A DNA stretch of 64,000 nucleotides, from the NCBI GenBank assembly GCA_965205975.1, contig OZ242195.1, positions 5,216,001-5,280,000 on the forward strand, in the 5' to 3' direction. The translations under genes were made by a program, and so were the position numbers. This document shows positions 47,233 through 56,821 of the stretch, one piece after another. This DNA comes from Candidatus Latescibacterota bacterium (lineage in GTDB: Bacteria; Latescibacterota; UBA2968). The notes under the pieces were generated by a model. The model did not search any database. It was not told the DNA's origin and saw only the letters and a program-made list of their open reading frames with translations. Positions within the stretch are counted from its first letter, which is position 1. Each line of letters begins with the position of its first letter.

Positions 47233-48222
47233 ATGGATCGGTTTAAGGATATCGGAGAGTTCGGTTTTATTGATCGCATTGCCGCGCACGCACAGCGCGA
47301 TCGGGTTCTGTGTGGGATTGGGGATGATTGCGCTGTTATGGCTGCCGGGCAGGAGCGCGTGCGATTGGTGACGGTTGATGCCATGGTTGAGGGCGTACAC
47401 TTTGTGCCACAGGCACCGCCAGAAGGCGTGGGGTACAAATTACTGGCCGCGAGTTTGTCCGATGTGGCCGCTATGGGCGGGAAACCGACTGATGCTGTTG
47501 TGGCGGTTAGCGCGTCAGGTGATTGTGATGCGGGATATGTGGAGCGAATTTACAACGGGCTTTTTGCCTGTGCAGATCGATTTGATGTGGCTGTTGTGGG
47601 CGGTGATACAACGCGCACGTCTGGTGCGCTGGTTTTGAGTTTGACGCTTACGGGTGAGATGGCGCGAGATCAGGTGTGTTATCGGTCTGGCGCACAAGTG
47701 GGTGATGCGGTCTATGTATCGGGGACGTTGGGCGATGCTGCAGGTGGTTTGGGAGTGGTATTGGGTGACGTGGATCTGCCGGGCAAGGTGCGGACAGCGT
47801 TGTTACAAAGGCATTATCGACCCGAGCCGCGGTTGGATTTGGGACAGGCGTTGGCGGAAACAGGTGCGGTGACCGCAATGATTGATGTGTCGGATGGGTT
47901 GGCTTCAGATTTGAGCCATATTTGTCGACAAAGTGGCGTGTCGGCTGTGATTCGAGCCGCGGCGATTCCCTTGTCGCGGGCGTTTGTAAAATTTTGTGAA
48001 GTGAGTGGCAAAGAAAAATCGGATCTCGCACTTACTGGTGGGGAAGATTTCGAGTTGCTATTTTCTGTGTCACACACACAGGTCGATAAGGTGGAGGCAT
48101 TGGCGTATTCGATTTGCCGCATTGGCGAGATTGTGGCTGGCGACGACAGTGTGATGATAGAAGGTGAGGATGGAAAGCGCGTGCCATTAGAACAACTGGG
48201 TTATGATCATTTTGAGAGCTAA
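47233..48222 (+). CDS. thiL: Thiamine-monophosphate kinase
   Basis: 'GEFGFI', 'GIGDDCA', 'SLSDVAAMGG', 'VGGDT', 'IDVSDGL', 'GGEDFELL'. Confidence 0.93.
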   Translation: MDRFKDIGEFGFIDRIAAHAQRDRVLCGIGDDCAVMAAGQERVRLVTVDAMVEGVHFVPQAPPEGVGYKLLAASLSDVAAMGGKPTDAVVAVSASGDCDAGYVERIYNGLFACADRFDVAVVGGDTTRTSGALVLSLTLTGEMARDQVCYRSGAQVGDAVYVSGTLGDAAGGLGVVLGDVDLPGKVRTALLQRHYRPEPRLDLGQALAETGAVTAMIDVSDGLASDLSHICRQSGVSAVIRAAAIPLSRAFVKFCEVSGKEKSDLALTGGEDFELLFSVSHTQVDKVEALAYSICRIGEIVAGDDSVMIEGEDGKRVPLEQLGYDHFES

Positions 48223-48560
48223 TTGTTGACCACGCGTTGTCGCTGGCGTTTTTTTTCCGAGCGCTGGCGTTTTTTTTCAAGGCGTTTTTCGATTGAAGAT
48301 CGGTTGGGGCGGGTTTTAATACGCGGTTTGCGCTTTTTGTTGCGCTCGTTCAGGCGGTTTTGCAAACGCTCGAGGGCGAGTTGTTTGTTGCGGTGTTGTG
48401 AGCGGTGTTCTGTGGCGATGACTACAATACCCGTGGGTATGTGGATTGCGCGCACGGCGGTTTCAACTTTGTTGCGATGTTGGCCGCCGGGGCCAGACCC
48501 GCGCATGGTTTGAAATCGAACATTCTTCAGGAGCGCGTTGTTGTCGGTGTTTTTGGACAT
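48219..48560 (-). CDS. arfB: GGQ peptidyl-tRNA hydrolase with basic tail, ArfB-like ribosome rescue factor
   Basis: 'RGSGPGGQHRNK', 'RSQHRNK', tail 'RKPRIKTRP...RLEKKRQRSEKK'. Confidence 0.8.
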   Translation of the reverse strand: MSKNTDNNALLKNVRFQTMRGSGPGGQHRNKVETAVRAIHIPTGIVVIATEHRSQHRNKQLALERLQNRLNERNKKRKPRIKTRPNRSSIEKRLEKKRQRSEKKRQRQRVVNN

Positions 48561-48570
48561 TTTGAATTAT

Positions 48571-48634
48571 AAAAAAATAAGCGGTCAGTTTTTAATGATC
48601 ACCCATGAGACGTGATGGCGCAAAACTGACCGCT
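48571..48634 (-). terminator. Intrinsic terminator after the S1 gene
   Basis: AGCGGTCAGTTTT / AAAACTGACCGCT stem followed on the minus strand by a T-run. Confidence 0.65.
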
Positions 48635-48647
48635 GAATTTTAATAGC

Positions 48648-49925
48648 TCAGGCCAGTCCTGCACGACGAAGGGCGTCGGCCATGGCATTGTCGCTTTGAG
48701 ACTCTTGCGTTTGCTTGGATTTGAATGCGGCCATATCCTCAATTTCCGCAGTTTGCCTATCTTGTTCTTCGATGGCGCGCATCGAAAGTGAGATGCGTTT
48801 TTTATCCGAATCGATTTCGCGGATCAAGGCTTTGACTTCTTGACCGGCTGAAACGACTTCGCTGGGGTTTGAGATGCGTTTTCTCGAAACGAACTGCGAG
48901 ATGTGGATCAGCCCCTCAATACCGGGTTCAATTTCGACAAAGGCACCAAAGTTTTGGATTGAAACGACTTTGCCTGTGATGATGCTGCCCGATTGGTAGC
49001 GCTCTGCTACCGTATCCCAGGGGTCTTTTTCCAGTGCTTTGATGGAGAGCGATATACGCTCATTTTTTTTCCCCAAATTTTTGAGGCCGATTATTTTGAC
49101 GCGCACTTCTTCGCCTTTTTTTAAGACGCTGCGCGGATTTTCTACGCGGGTGTGGCTGATTTCCGAGACGTGTACCAGGCCTTCAACGCCTCCGAGGTCA
49201 ACAAAAGAGCCGAAGCGTTCTATACGTGTAATAGTTCCCGTTCTTTCTTCACCTTCCGAGAGTTGCTGGCGCATCTCGTCGGCTTTTTTGCGGTTTTCTT
49301 CTTCCAGATAAGCGCGGCGTGAAACGACGACATTGTTGCGTCCCCGCAGTTCAACAATTTTGAAGTTGTGGGTTTGGCCTGCATACGAAGCCGGGTCGTC
49401 GCAATATCCCGTGTCAATTTGCGACATGGGGCAGAATGCGCGAAGGCCGCCGATATTTACCACAAGGCCTCCGGTGTTGAAGCCAGTGACTTTGCCGGCG
49501 ATGGGCATGTCGTTTTGATGTGCTTGACGCAGGAGTTGACGGCTGGAAACGCGCAACGAAAATGCCAGGCGTATTTCGCCATCGGTGTTGGCGACGAAGG
49601 CTTCGATGGTATCGCCAGTTTTATATTTTAATTCGCCCGATTCGTCGCGAAGTTCTTGAATGTCTATTGATGCTTCACTGCGTCCTCCAAAGTCGATAAA
49701 TGCTGTAGAGTCACCGATTTCGCGGATGGTTCCGGTGATTTTATCGCCAGTAGAGACTTCGCGGTAATTTTGCTTATCGCTTTCTTCGAGCAGTGTGGCA
49801 AATTCGGTATCAGGTGTGTCTTCAGCGTATTTTTTGTCGAGTTCTTCGACAGTGGGCGCGTCGTCTGAAGGGGCAGGAGATGGTTTATCGCCAGCCGTTT
49901 CGCCTTTTTTTTCGAGGGTGCTCAT
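48648..49925 (-). CDS. rpsA: 30S ribosomal protein S1-like protein (four S1 domains)
   Basis: 'FGSFVDLGGVEGLVHVSEIS', 'FGAFVEIEPGIEGLIHIS', 'RISLS'. Confidence 0.8.
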   Translation of the reverse strand: MSTLEKKGETAGDKPSPAPSDDAPTVEELDKKYAEDTPDTEFATLLEESDKQNYREVSTGDKITGTIREIGDSTAFIDFGGRSEASIDIQELRDESGELKYKTGDTIEAFVANTDGEIRLAFSLRVSSRQLLRQAHQNDMPIAGKVTGFNTGGLVVNIGGLRAFCPMSQIDTGYCDDPASYAGQTHNFKIVELRGRNNVVVSRRAYLEEENRKKADEMRQQLSEGEERTGTITRIERFGSFVDLGGVEGLVHVSEISHTRVENPRSVLKKGEEVRVKIIGLKNLGKKNERISLSIKALEKDPWDTVAERYQSGSIITGKVVSIQNFGAFVEIEPGIEGLIHISQFVSRKRISNPSEVVSAGQEVKALIREIDSDKKRISLSMRAIEEQDRQTAEIEDMAAFKSKQTQESQSDNAMADALRRAGLA

Positions 49926-50123
49926 AGTTTGTGACCTGTGGAATTGTTTTCGAGGGACGGGGATTATTAGACAGAACAAATAATCTATAAAGGATACCGA
50001 AAATAAGCAACCAAATTTTCCTCCTCAGGTGGGCGTTTAAATTCACTCGGGTCTTGTGCCTTCCAAAAAAAAGTGACATTTTGATCTATGTGATGTGTTA
50101 AAAAATAAAGCGATGGATTGTTT

Positions 50124-50591
50124 ATGGACGTCGAAATATTATATCAAAAATACGGTCCCATGGTGTTGCGGCGATGCCGGCGGTTGTTGCGAGATGAAGA
50201 TCGCGCCATGGATGCGATGCAGGATGTGTTTGTGCGGGTATTGCAACGCGGGGATCATCTGAAAGCGATCTATCCGTCGAGTTTGCTGTATCGCATTGCG
50301 ACTAATGTGTGTTTGAATCGCATTCGTGACCAGCGGCTCGATCTGCCGGGCGATGAGGTGTTGATGCATATTGCGGGGATGGAAGATCCAGAACCTCGAT
50401 TGGATGCCCGGGCGATGTTGGACCGGCTTTTTGCGCGGCATAGAGATTCGACGCGAACAATTGCGGTTTTACATTTTGTGGATGGGTTAACATTGGCGGA
50501 AGTTGCTCAAGAGGTGGGGATGTCGGTTTCTGGGGTGCGAAAGCGGTTGCGGGGGTTGCGAGAATCGCTGGAGAAGTTGGAGGAGCTATGA
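50124..50591 (+). CDS. ECF sigma factor (short)
   Basis: 'LYQKYGPMVLRRCRRLL', 'DAMQDVF', 'LLYRIATN', 'DGLTLAEVAQEVGMS'. Confidence 0.88.
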   Translation: MDVEILYQKYGPMVLRRCRRLLRDEDRAMDAMQDVFVRVLQRGDHLKAIYPSSLLYRIATNVCLNRIRDQRLDLPGDEVLMHIAGMEDPEPRLDARAMLDRLFARHRDSTRTIAVLHFVDGLTLAEVAQEVGMSVSGVRKRLRGLRESLEKLEEL

Positions 50592-51346
50592 CGGGACAAC
50601 GCGGTGATTGGAAACTGGAGCGTTTTCGGCTGAATGAACTGCCGGACGAAGAAATGAGAGCCATTCAAAAGGCGCTGGATGCGGATCCGAATTTGAGAGC
50701 ACGCCTGAAGGCATTGGATGGGACAGATCGAGAGGTTCACGAGTCCTATCCGGCTGATTGGGTGGCACAGCAGGTGGCGCGTCGATTGGAGAGACGAGAG
50801 GTGCCGAGTATATCGCGGTTCGATCCGCGTTTTGCATTGGCCGCGGTGGTGTTGCTCGCCATTGTTTTTTCGATCTTTGTCCCGGGGCCTGAAGCGCCGC
50901 CGACCTGGGATCGAAAAGGTATGGATGGCATTCGGTTAAAAGGCGTAAAACCGGATTTGTTGCTATATCGAAAAAGGGCGTCTGAGGTTGAACAATTGGC
51001 GGATAGCAGTGTGGCTTATGCGGGTGATTTAATTCAGATTTTTTATCGCGCAGCGGGCAAGCCTTTTGGGGTGATTGTGTCTGTGGATGGGCGCGGTACT
51101 GTGACGCGGCATTTGCCTGCATCGGGAACAAGAGCCGTGCGCTTGATACAGGGCGATCCCGTGTCTCTGGATTATTCTTATGAACTGGATGATGCCCCGA
51201 AGTGGGAACGGTTTTATTTTTTGACAGCAGATGCGTCTTTTGACGTGCGCGATGTGGCGCAAGCGGCAGAGGGCAGTCCCGATTCATTGCGGGTGGGAAG
51301 AGAAATTGAGCAATTTGCCATTACGCTTTACAAAGGGGGCAGGTGA
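50588..51346 (+). CDS. Putative anti-sigma factor, single TM, extracytoplasmic DUF4384/ActD-like domain
   Basis: ATGA overlap with sigma; N-terminal helical domain, TM, 'IRLKG', 'GDLIQI.Y', 'SYELDDAP..ERF'. Confidence 0.7.
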   Translation: MTGQRGDWKLERFRLNELPDEEMRAIQKALDADPNLRARLKALDGTDREVHESYPADWVAQQVARRLERREVPSISRFDPRFALAAVVLLAIVFSIFVPGPEAPPTWDRKGMDGIRLKGVKPDLLLYRKRASEVEQLADSSVAYAGDLIQIFYRAAGKPFGVIVSVDGRGTVTRHLPASGTRAVRLIQGDPVSLDYSYELDDAPKWERFYFLTADASFDVRDVAQAAEGSPDSLRVGREIEQFAITLYKGGR

Positions 51347-53094
51347 TGTTGCGCCATTGGACAGTGTTATTGGTATTCGGTTTGCTGTTATGCGCTCAGG
51401 GAATCGAGGCAACACAAGTTGTGCGGCGGTGGGTGCTGGCAGTGGGTGCCAATGATGGCGGTGCGAGGCGCGAGACTTTGCGGTACGCTGTGTCAGATGC
51501 TCAAAATTTTGTGCAGGTTATGGAAACAATGGGCGGTGTTGATACCGGTGTTTTGTTATCCGATCCGCGCATTGACGACCTTGAGGAGGCTTTGCACGCA
51601 TTGCACAATCGGGTCTCATCTGCAGAAGCTGTGCGGAGAGAGGTGATTATCTATTATTCGGGACACGCCGATGAAAATGGTCTTCGTTTGGGGGAATCGC
51701 TTTTTTCCTACGCGCGCCTTCGCAATGCGATGGATCGGATGGATGCCGAGGTGCAAATTGCTATTTTGGATGCCTGTGCTTCCGGTGCGATTACGCGATT
51801 GAAGGGCGGGCGACGGCAAGAAGCGTTTATGGTGGATGTGTCGTCGGATATGCGGGGGTATGCGTTTTTGACATCGAGTTCCGAAGATGAAGCGGCGCAG
51901 GAGTCAGATGCGATTGGGGCGTCATTTTTTTCGCATTATCTGGTGTCGGGATTGCGCGGCGCAGCAGATGTGACCGGGGATGGGCGCGTCACGTTGAATG
52001 AGGCCTATCACTTTGCGTTTCAAAATACATTGGAGGGTACGGAACGCACACAAGGCGGGGCGCAGCATCCGGCTTATGATATCAAGATGACGGGTACGGG
52101 CGATGTGGTGATGACGGATGTGCGGCAAACGTCGGCGGGATTGATTTTGGCAGAGGCGCTTCAGGGGCGATTTTTTATTCGAAATGCCAATCGACAGTTG
52201 ATTGCAGAGTTGTTTAAGCCCGCTGGGCGGCGCGTTGAGTTGGGGCTGGAACCCGGTACGTATCGCGTTCACATGGCCCGCGAGATCCAATCGGCTACAA
52301 CTTCGGTCGAATTGGCGATGGGACAACGCGAGATACTCGACGAAGATCATTTTGAAATTATTGCGCGAGAACGCACCACAATGCGGGGTGGGATTAAATA
52401 TAGCGTAAAACGGTCTCGGGTCGAATTGCGCGGGGGGTATTGGAATCCAATCGGAAGATCTACGACAAGTACAAATGGGTTGGTACGGCAAAGTGTAGGG
52501 AGCGGATTGGTGCAGCAAAATGTAGAGAATCTGATGGGGTCTGTCGCTTATATCTATCAACTCAAAGAAAATCTGGCATTGATGGTTCGATGGGCTGGTT
52601 TGATTGCAGAGGCCAAAAACAATGCAGGTGTTCTGGGTACGTCCCAGAGTGTTGTCATTGTTATGCCTCTGCTTTTTGGAGCAAGGTACTGCTGGTCTTT
52701 GGCGCCATCCCCTTTTCGCCCATATCTCGTCGCAAGCGTGGGATCCTATTTTTTGCAAGATGTTTGGCAAGATGATCAAGGTATTTGGCAAGATGAGCGA
52801 GAAGATGATGGAGAAGATGATGGAGAAGATGATGATGAAGACGATAGAGAATATACAGGACAATTGGTGCAAGAGGTGAGGGGGCACGCCACTATCGGAA
52901 CGTATGTGGGTGGCGGTGTTAATTTTGCCATTGGAAGGTATTTGATGCTCGGCGCAAGTGCTGGCTATCATCTGATTGCAAATTTTGCAGAGCCAATAAG
53001 AGGTCGCAAAAATTTTAGTGGTCCGGAATTGAGCATCAGTTTGAGTTTGCTGTGGGGTAAAGATGTGGGTAAGGCCAAGAGTATCCGCAGATGA
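51346..53094 (+). CDS. Secreted caspase-family (peptidase C14) protein with C-terminal outer-membrane beta-barrel-like domain
   Basis: Signal peptide; 'LRYAVSDA', His 'YYSGHA', Cys 'LDACASG'; C-terminal alternating beta strands ('PFRPYL..SVG', 'YVGGGVNF'). Confidence 0.85.
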   Translation: MLRHWTVLLVFGLLLCAQGIEATQVVRRWVLAVGANDGGARRETLRYAVSDAQNFVQVMETMGGVDTGVLLSDPRIDDLEEALHALHNRVSSAEAVRREVIIYYSGHADENGLRLGESLFSYARLRNAMDRMDAEVQIAILDACASGAITRLKGGRRQEAFMVDVSSDMRGYAFLTSSSEDEAAQESDAIGASFFSHYLVSGLRGAADVTGDGRVTLNEAYHFAFQNTLEGTERTQGGAQHPAYDIKMTGTGDVVMTDVRQTSAGLILAEALQGRFFIRNANRQLIAELFKPAGRRVELGLEPGTYRVHMAREIQSATTSVELAMGQREILDEDHFEIIARERTTMRGGIKYSVKRSRVELRGGYWNPIGRSTTSTNGLVRQSVGSGLVQQNVENLMGSVAYIYQLKENLALMVRWAGLIAEAKNNAGVLGTSQSVVIVMPLLFGARYCWSLAPSPFRPYLVASVGSYFLQDVWQDDQGIWQDEREDDGEDDGEDDDEDDREYTGQLVQEVRGHATIGTYVGGGVNFAIGRYLMLGASAGYHLIANFAEPIRGRKNFSGPELSISLSLLWGKDVGKAKSIRR

Positions 53095-53116
53095 ATATGT
53101 GGATAAGGAGGAAATC

Positions 53117-55351
53117 ATGTGGAAACGAAAGCTATATACCCTATTCCTGGTGCTGTTGATTTACCCGTTGCCAGTGTCTGCACAGGACACAAATACCGCA
53201 CCTTCTGCCGATTTTGACGGAGATGGTATGGTAGGTATCCCCGACTTTTTGTTATTTATAGATCACTTTGGGGCAATGCGTGGGGATGGGAGATATGAAG
53301 CGAAGTATGATCTGGATGGCAACGGTGTGATAGGGATTCCAGATTTTCTGATTTTTGGGGATAGCTTCGGCAAGGAAATACCTTCATCTGATCGTGGTGC
53401 CGATGAGGGGATAGTCTCCATTCCAGATGCCAATCTGCGTGCTGTGGTTGAGGACAGTCTGAGCAAGGCGAGCGGCGCGCCGATTACCAGCGCAGAGATG
53501 GCGAGTTTGACGCGCCTTGAGGCTCCGGATAAGACCATCAGCGATTTGACTGGTCTCGAGTTTGCAACCAACCTCACATGGCTGAGTCTTGCCCGCAACA
53601 GTGTCTCAAATGTATCCGCGCTGTCTAACTTGACCAATCTGACACAGCTATATCTTCAGGGTAACGACCTGTCGAATGTGTCTGCGTTGTCTAACTTGAC
53701 TGCTCTTACACGGCTGAGTCTTCAGGATAACCGCATTTCAGATGTGTCTGCACTGTCTAACTTGACCGCGCTGACCCGGTTATATCTTCATACCAATCGC
53801 ATCTCAAATATATCTACCCTATCCAACTTGACCAATCTGACCTGGCTGAGTCTTGCCCGTAACCGCATCTCAGATATATCTGATCTATCTAACTTGACTG
53901 CCCTGACCCGGCTGTATCTTCAGGATAACCGCATCTCAGATATATCTGATCTATCTAATTTGACCGCCCTGACCCGACTGAGTCTGCATACCAACTCCAT
54001 CTCAGATATATCTTCATTGTCTAATTTGACGGCTCTAACGCAGCTATATCTTCGTACCAACAGCATCTCGGACCTTGCCCCCCTGGTCGCAAACACGGGA
54101 CTGGATACGGGAGATATGGTTGATGTGAGGGGCAATCCTCTGAGTGCGACATCAATCAATACGCATATTCCAGCACTTCAGGGCAGAGGGGTTACGGTAG
54201 AGTCGGATGCGACTGAAATAGTGTCTATTCCCGATGACAACCTGCGTGCTGTGATTGCAGATAGTCTTGGCAAAGCGAGCGGTGCGCCGATTACCCGTGC
54301 AGAGATGGCGCGTTTGACGCGCCTTGAGGCTCCAGATAAGACCATCAGCGATTTGACAGGTCTCGAGTCTGCAATCAATCTGACATGGTTAAGTCTTGCT
54401 CGCAACAGTATCTCGGATATATCCGTACTGTCTAACTTAAGGAATCTGACACAGCTATATGTTCAGGACAATGACCTATCAGATGTATCTTCGTTGTCTA
54501 ACTTGAGGAATCTGACCCAGCTAAGTCTTCAGGATAACGACCTATCAGATGTGTCGGCACTGTCTGACTTGACTACTCTGACACGGCTATATCTTCATAC
54601 CAACCAGATTACAGGTGTGTCTGGGTTGTCTAATTTGAGGAATCTGACCACGTTAGATCTTCAGAGCAATAGTATTTCAGATATATCTGCGCTGTCTAAC
54701 TTGACCAATCTGACCTATCTGAGTCTTGCTCGCAATAGCATCTCGGATATTTCTGGGTTGTCTAACTTGACCAGTCTGACCAGGTTATATCTCCAAGGTA
54801 ACAGCATCACAGATATATCTTCATTATCTAACTTGACCAATTTGACCCGGCTGAGTCTGCATACCAACAGCATCACAGATATATCTTCATTGTCTAATCT
54901 GACTAATTTGACACAGCTGTATCTTCGTACCAACAGCATCTCGAACATTGCCCCACTGGTCGCAAACACCGGACTGGATACAGGAGATATGGTTGATGTA
55001 CGAAGTAATCCCCTGAGCGCGACATCAATCAACACACATATTCCGGCACTTCAGAGCAGAGGGGTTGCGGTAGAGTTTGACATGGGTAATCAGGGTAATC
55101 AGGGTGGACAGAACAATCAGGGCAATAAAGACGATGACGATGATGATGACGACGATGATAAGGATGATGATAAGGACGACGATGATGACGATGATGACGA
55201 TGACGATGATGACGATGATGATAAGGATGATAAAGACGATGATGACGATGATGATAAAAGAGATAATAAGGACCGTCGCAGTCGCGCTGAACGTACTTCT
55301 TCAGGGAAAGTCAGTAGTAAACAGCCTGCGTCAAAAGAATCGACAAAATAG
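53117..55351 (+). CDS. Secreted internalin-like leucine-rich-repeat protein with N-terminal paired EF-hand module and Asp-rich tail
   Basis: AAGGAGG SD; signal peptide; 'DFDGDGMVGIPDFL'; two 'IPD.NLRA' caps with 22-aa LRRs 'LSNLTNLT.L.L..N.ISD'. Confidence 0.9.
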   Translation: MWKRKLYTLFLVLLIYPLPVSAQDTNTAPSADFDGDGMVGIPDFLLFIDHFGAMRGDGRYEAKYDLDGNGVIGIPDFLIFGDSFGKEIPSSDRGADEGIVSIPDANLRAVVEDSLSKASGAPITSAEMASLTRLEAPDKTISDLTGLEFATNLTWLSLARNSVSNVSALSNLTNLTQLYLQGNDLSNVSALSNLTALTRLSLQDNRISDVSALSNLTALTRLYLHTNRISNISTLSNLTNLTWLSLARNRISDISDLSNLTALTRLYLQDNRISDISDLSNLTALTRLSLHTNSISDISSLSNLTALTQLYLRTNSISDLAPLVANTGLDTGDMVDVRGNPLSATSINTHIPALQGRGVTVESDATEIVSIPDDNLRAVIADSLGKASGAPITRAEMARLTRLEAPDKTISDLTGLESAINLTWLSLARNSISDISVLSNLRNLTQLYVQDNDLSDVSSLSNLRNLTQLSLQDNDLSDVSALSDLTTLTRLYLHTNQITGVSGLSNLRNLTTLDLQSNSISDISALSNLTNLTYLSLARNSISDISGLSNLTSLTRLYLQGNSITDISSLSNLTNLTRLSLHTNSITDISSLSNLTNLTQLYLRTNSISNIAPLVANTGLDTGDMVDVRSNPLSATSINTHIPALQSRGVAVEFDMGNQGNQGGQNNQGNKDDDDDDDDDDKDDDKDDDDDDDDDDDDDDDDKDDKDDDDDDDKRDNKDRRSRAERTSSGKVSSKQPASKESTK
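55129..55273 (+). repeat. (GAT/GAC)n low-complexity tract encoding poly-Asp with interspersed Lys
   Basis: Read directly. Confidence 0.9.
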
Positions 55352-55371
55352 GTCGTATAAATTCATTACAG

Positions 55372-55402
55372 AGAAAAGCCAGACAAAATGTCTGGCTTTT
55401 CT
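55372..55402 (+). terminator. Intrinsic terminator ending the ECF-caspase-LRR operon
   Basis: AGAAAAGCCAGACA-AAA-TGTCTGGCTTTTCT. Confidence 0.75.
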
Positions 55403-55621
55403 TGGGGTTATAGGTGGCGTTCGTCGAGAATACCTCTGCCATCACTACTTTATCCGTGCCTACTAATCTACCAATACCTTTGATGCGGACTTTGCCTCAG
55501 GTCACAGTTAGAGGAGATGATGCTTTTCTTATTCGCCTATTTTTGTTATGTTATTATCGGATACCGGTGAAAACGCTAATAAGCATTATTCTTATTTAAC
55601 TTTTGAAAATAAGGGGGGATT

Positions 55622-56821
55622 GTGGCACCTGGCATTGATGGGAAACGCCAATCCCATGGTAGCTTGGTTCAATGTTCAGGCGGTTACTACGCGTTTGTCC
55701 CGGCACCCCTTCCACCGCCAATTGCCTGGGATGAGGAACTCGTCACTGCACTTTCCCGCGCTGACCGGGCGATAGGCTGGCTCGCTGGCGAAGGCCGGCG
55801 GATGTCGAACCCGCATCTCTTCATCAAGCCATTCCTGCACAGGGAAGCAGTGCTGTCGAGTCGCATTGAGGGCACCAGGACGACTCTGGGCGAATTGCTC
55901 GCTGCACAGGCCGGGGCAAAGGTCGCGCAGAGTTCTGCGGATCTGCATGAGGTTGCCAACTACGTCGTCGCACTGGAATACGGCATACAGCGTCTGAACA
56001 CGTTGCCTCTGTCGCTGCGTCTCATTCGAGAAATCCACGAACAACTTATGCGGGGCGTAAGGGGTGATACTGCTGCACCAGGCGAATTTCGAAAAAGCCA
56101 GAATTGGATCGGTTCGCCCGGCAGTAGTCTGGTCAATGCGACATACGTGCCTCCACCGGCTGATGAATTGATGGAATGTCTGTACGCCTTCGAGCACTTC
56201 CTTCACGACGATACACTGCCTCCCCTGGTACATGCTGCGCTTGCCCATTCTCAGTTCGAGGCCATTCACCCGTTTTTGGATGGGAATGGGCGCGTTGGAC
56301 GCCTGCTTATTACGCTCCTGCTTGTCGAACGAGGGGTCATGCCCTCACCGCTTCTGTACTTGAGTGCCTACTTAGAAGCCACGCGCCAGGAGTACTACGC
56401 ACGGTTGTTGGGCGTAACTCAAAATGGGGAGTGGGAGGCATGGTTGATATACTTCCTACGAGGTGTGGCGATCCAGGCCGAAGATGCTATTGGTCGGATT
56501 CAACGCATTGACGAGTTGTTCCAGCACTGGTCAAAGCAACTCGCCGGAGTCCAATCGGGACAAGCAGAGAAGGTGTTGGAGTTCTTTGTCGAAAATCCCT
56601 TCTGGACTGTGAGCAAAATTGCGGAAACGCTAAAGGTCGCCTATACCACGGCCCGGCGTGCTCTGGACCGGCTGGAGGCGGCAGGTATCGTCATGTCTGT
56701 TGGGACGGCTAAGCGCAACCGGGTGTACTGTGCACGAGCCATGCTTGATATCTTAGAGGCACCGTACATTGTGGGGATGGATGACTCCGAAGGGGAAGAT
56801 TTTAATGTGAAGAGTTATTAA
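55622..56821 (+). CDS. Fic family protein (N-terminal autoinhibitory helix, C-terminal wHTH)
   Basis: 'HPFLDGNGRVGR' Fic motif; 'SSRIEG' inhibitory motif. Confidence 0.92.
   Translation: MAPGIDGKRQSHGSLVQCSGGYYAFVPAPLPPPIAWDEELVTALSRADRAIGWLAGEGRRMSNPHLFIKPFLHREAVLSSRIEGTRTTLGELLAAQAGAKVAQSSADLHEVANYVVALEYGIQRLNTLPLSLRLIREIHEQLMRGVRGDTAAPGEFRKSQNWIGSPGSSLVNATYVPPPADELMECLYAFEHFLHDDTLPPLVHAALAHSQFEAIHPFLDGNGRVGRLLITLLLVERGVMPSPLLYLSAYLEATRQEYYARLLGVTQNGEWEAWLIYFLRGVAIQAEDAIGRIQRIDELFQHWSKQLAGVQSGQAEKVLEFFVENPFWTVSKIAETLKVAYTTARRALDRLEAAGIVMSVGTAKRNRVYCARAMLDILEAPYIVGMDDSEGEDFNVKSY

Noticed and set aside
50073..50100. Autoregulatory ECF promoter (GTGACA...TGTGTTA) upstream of the ECF gene
   Set aside because: Plausible position, but there is no second instance in the window to define a consensus.
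51922..53118. 398-aa minus-strand ORF (and similar long antisense ORFs such as 5842-6771 and 1357-2229)
   Set aside because: Shadow frames of well-supported opposite-strand genes, with no recognisable motifs.
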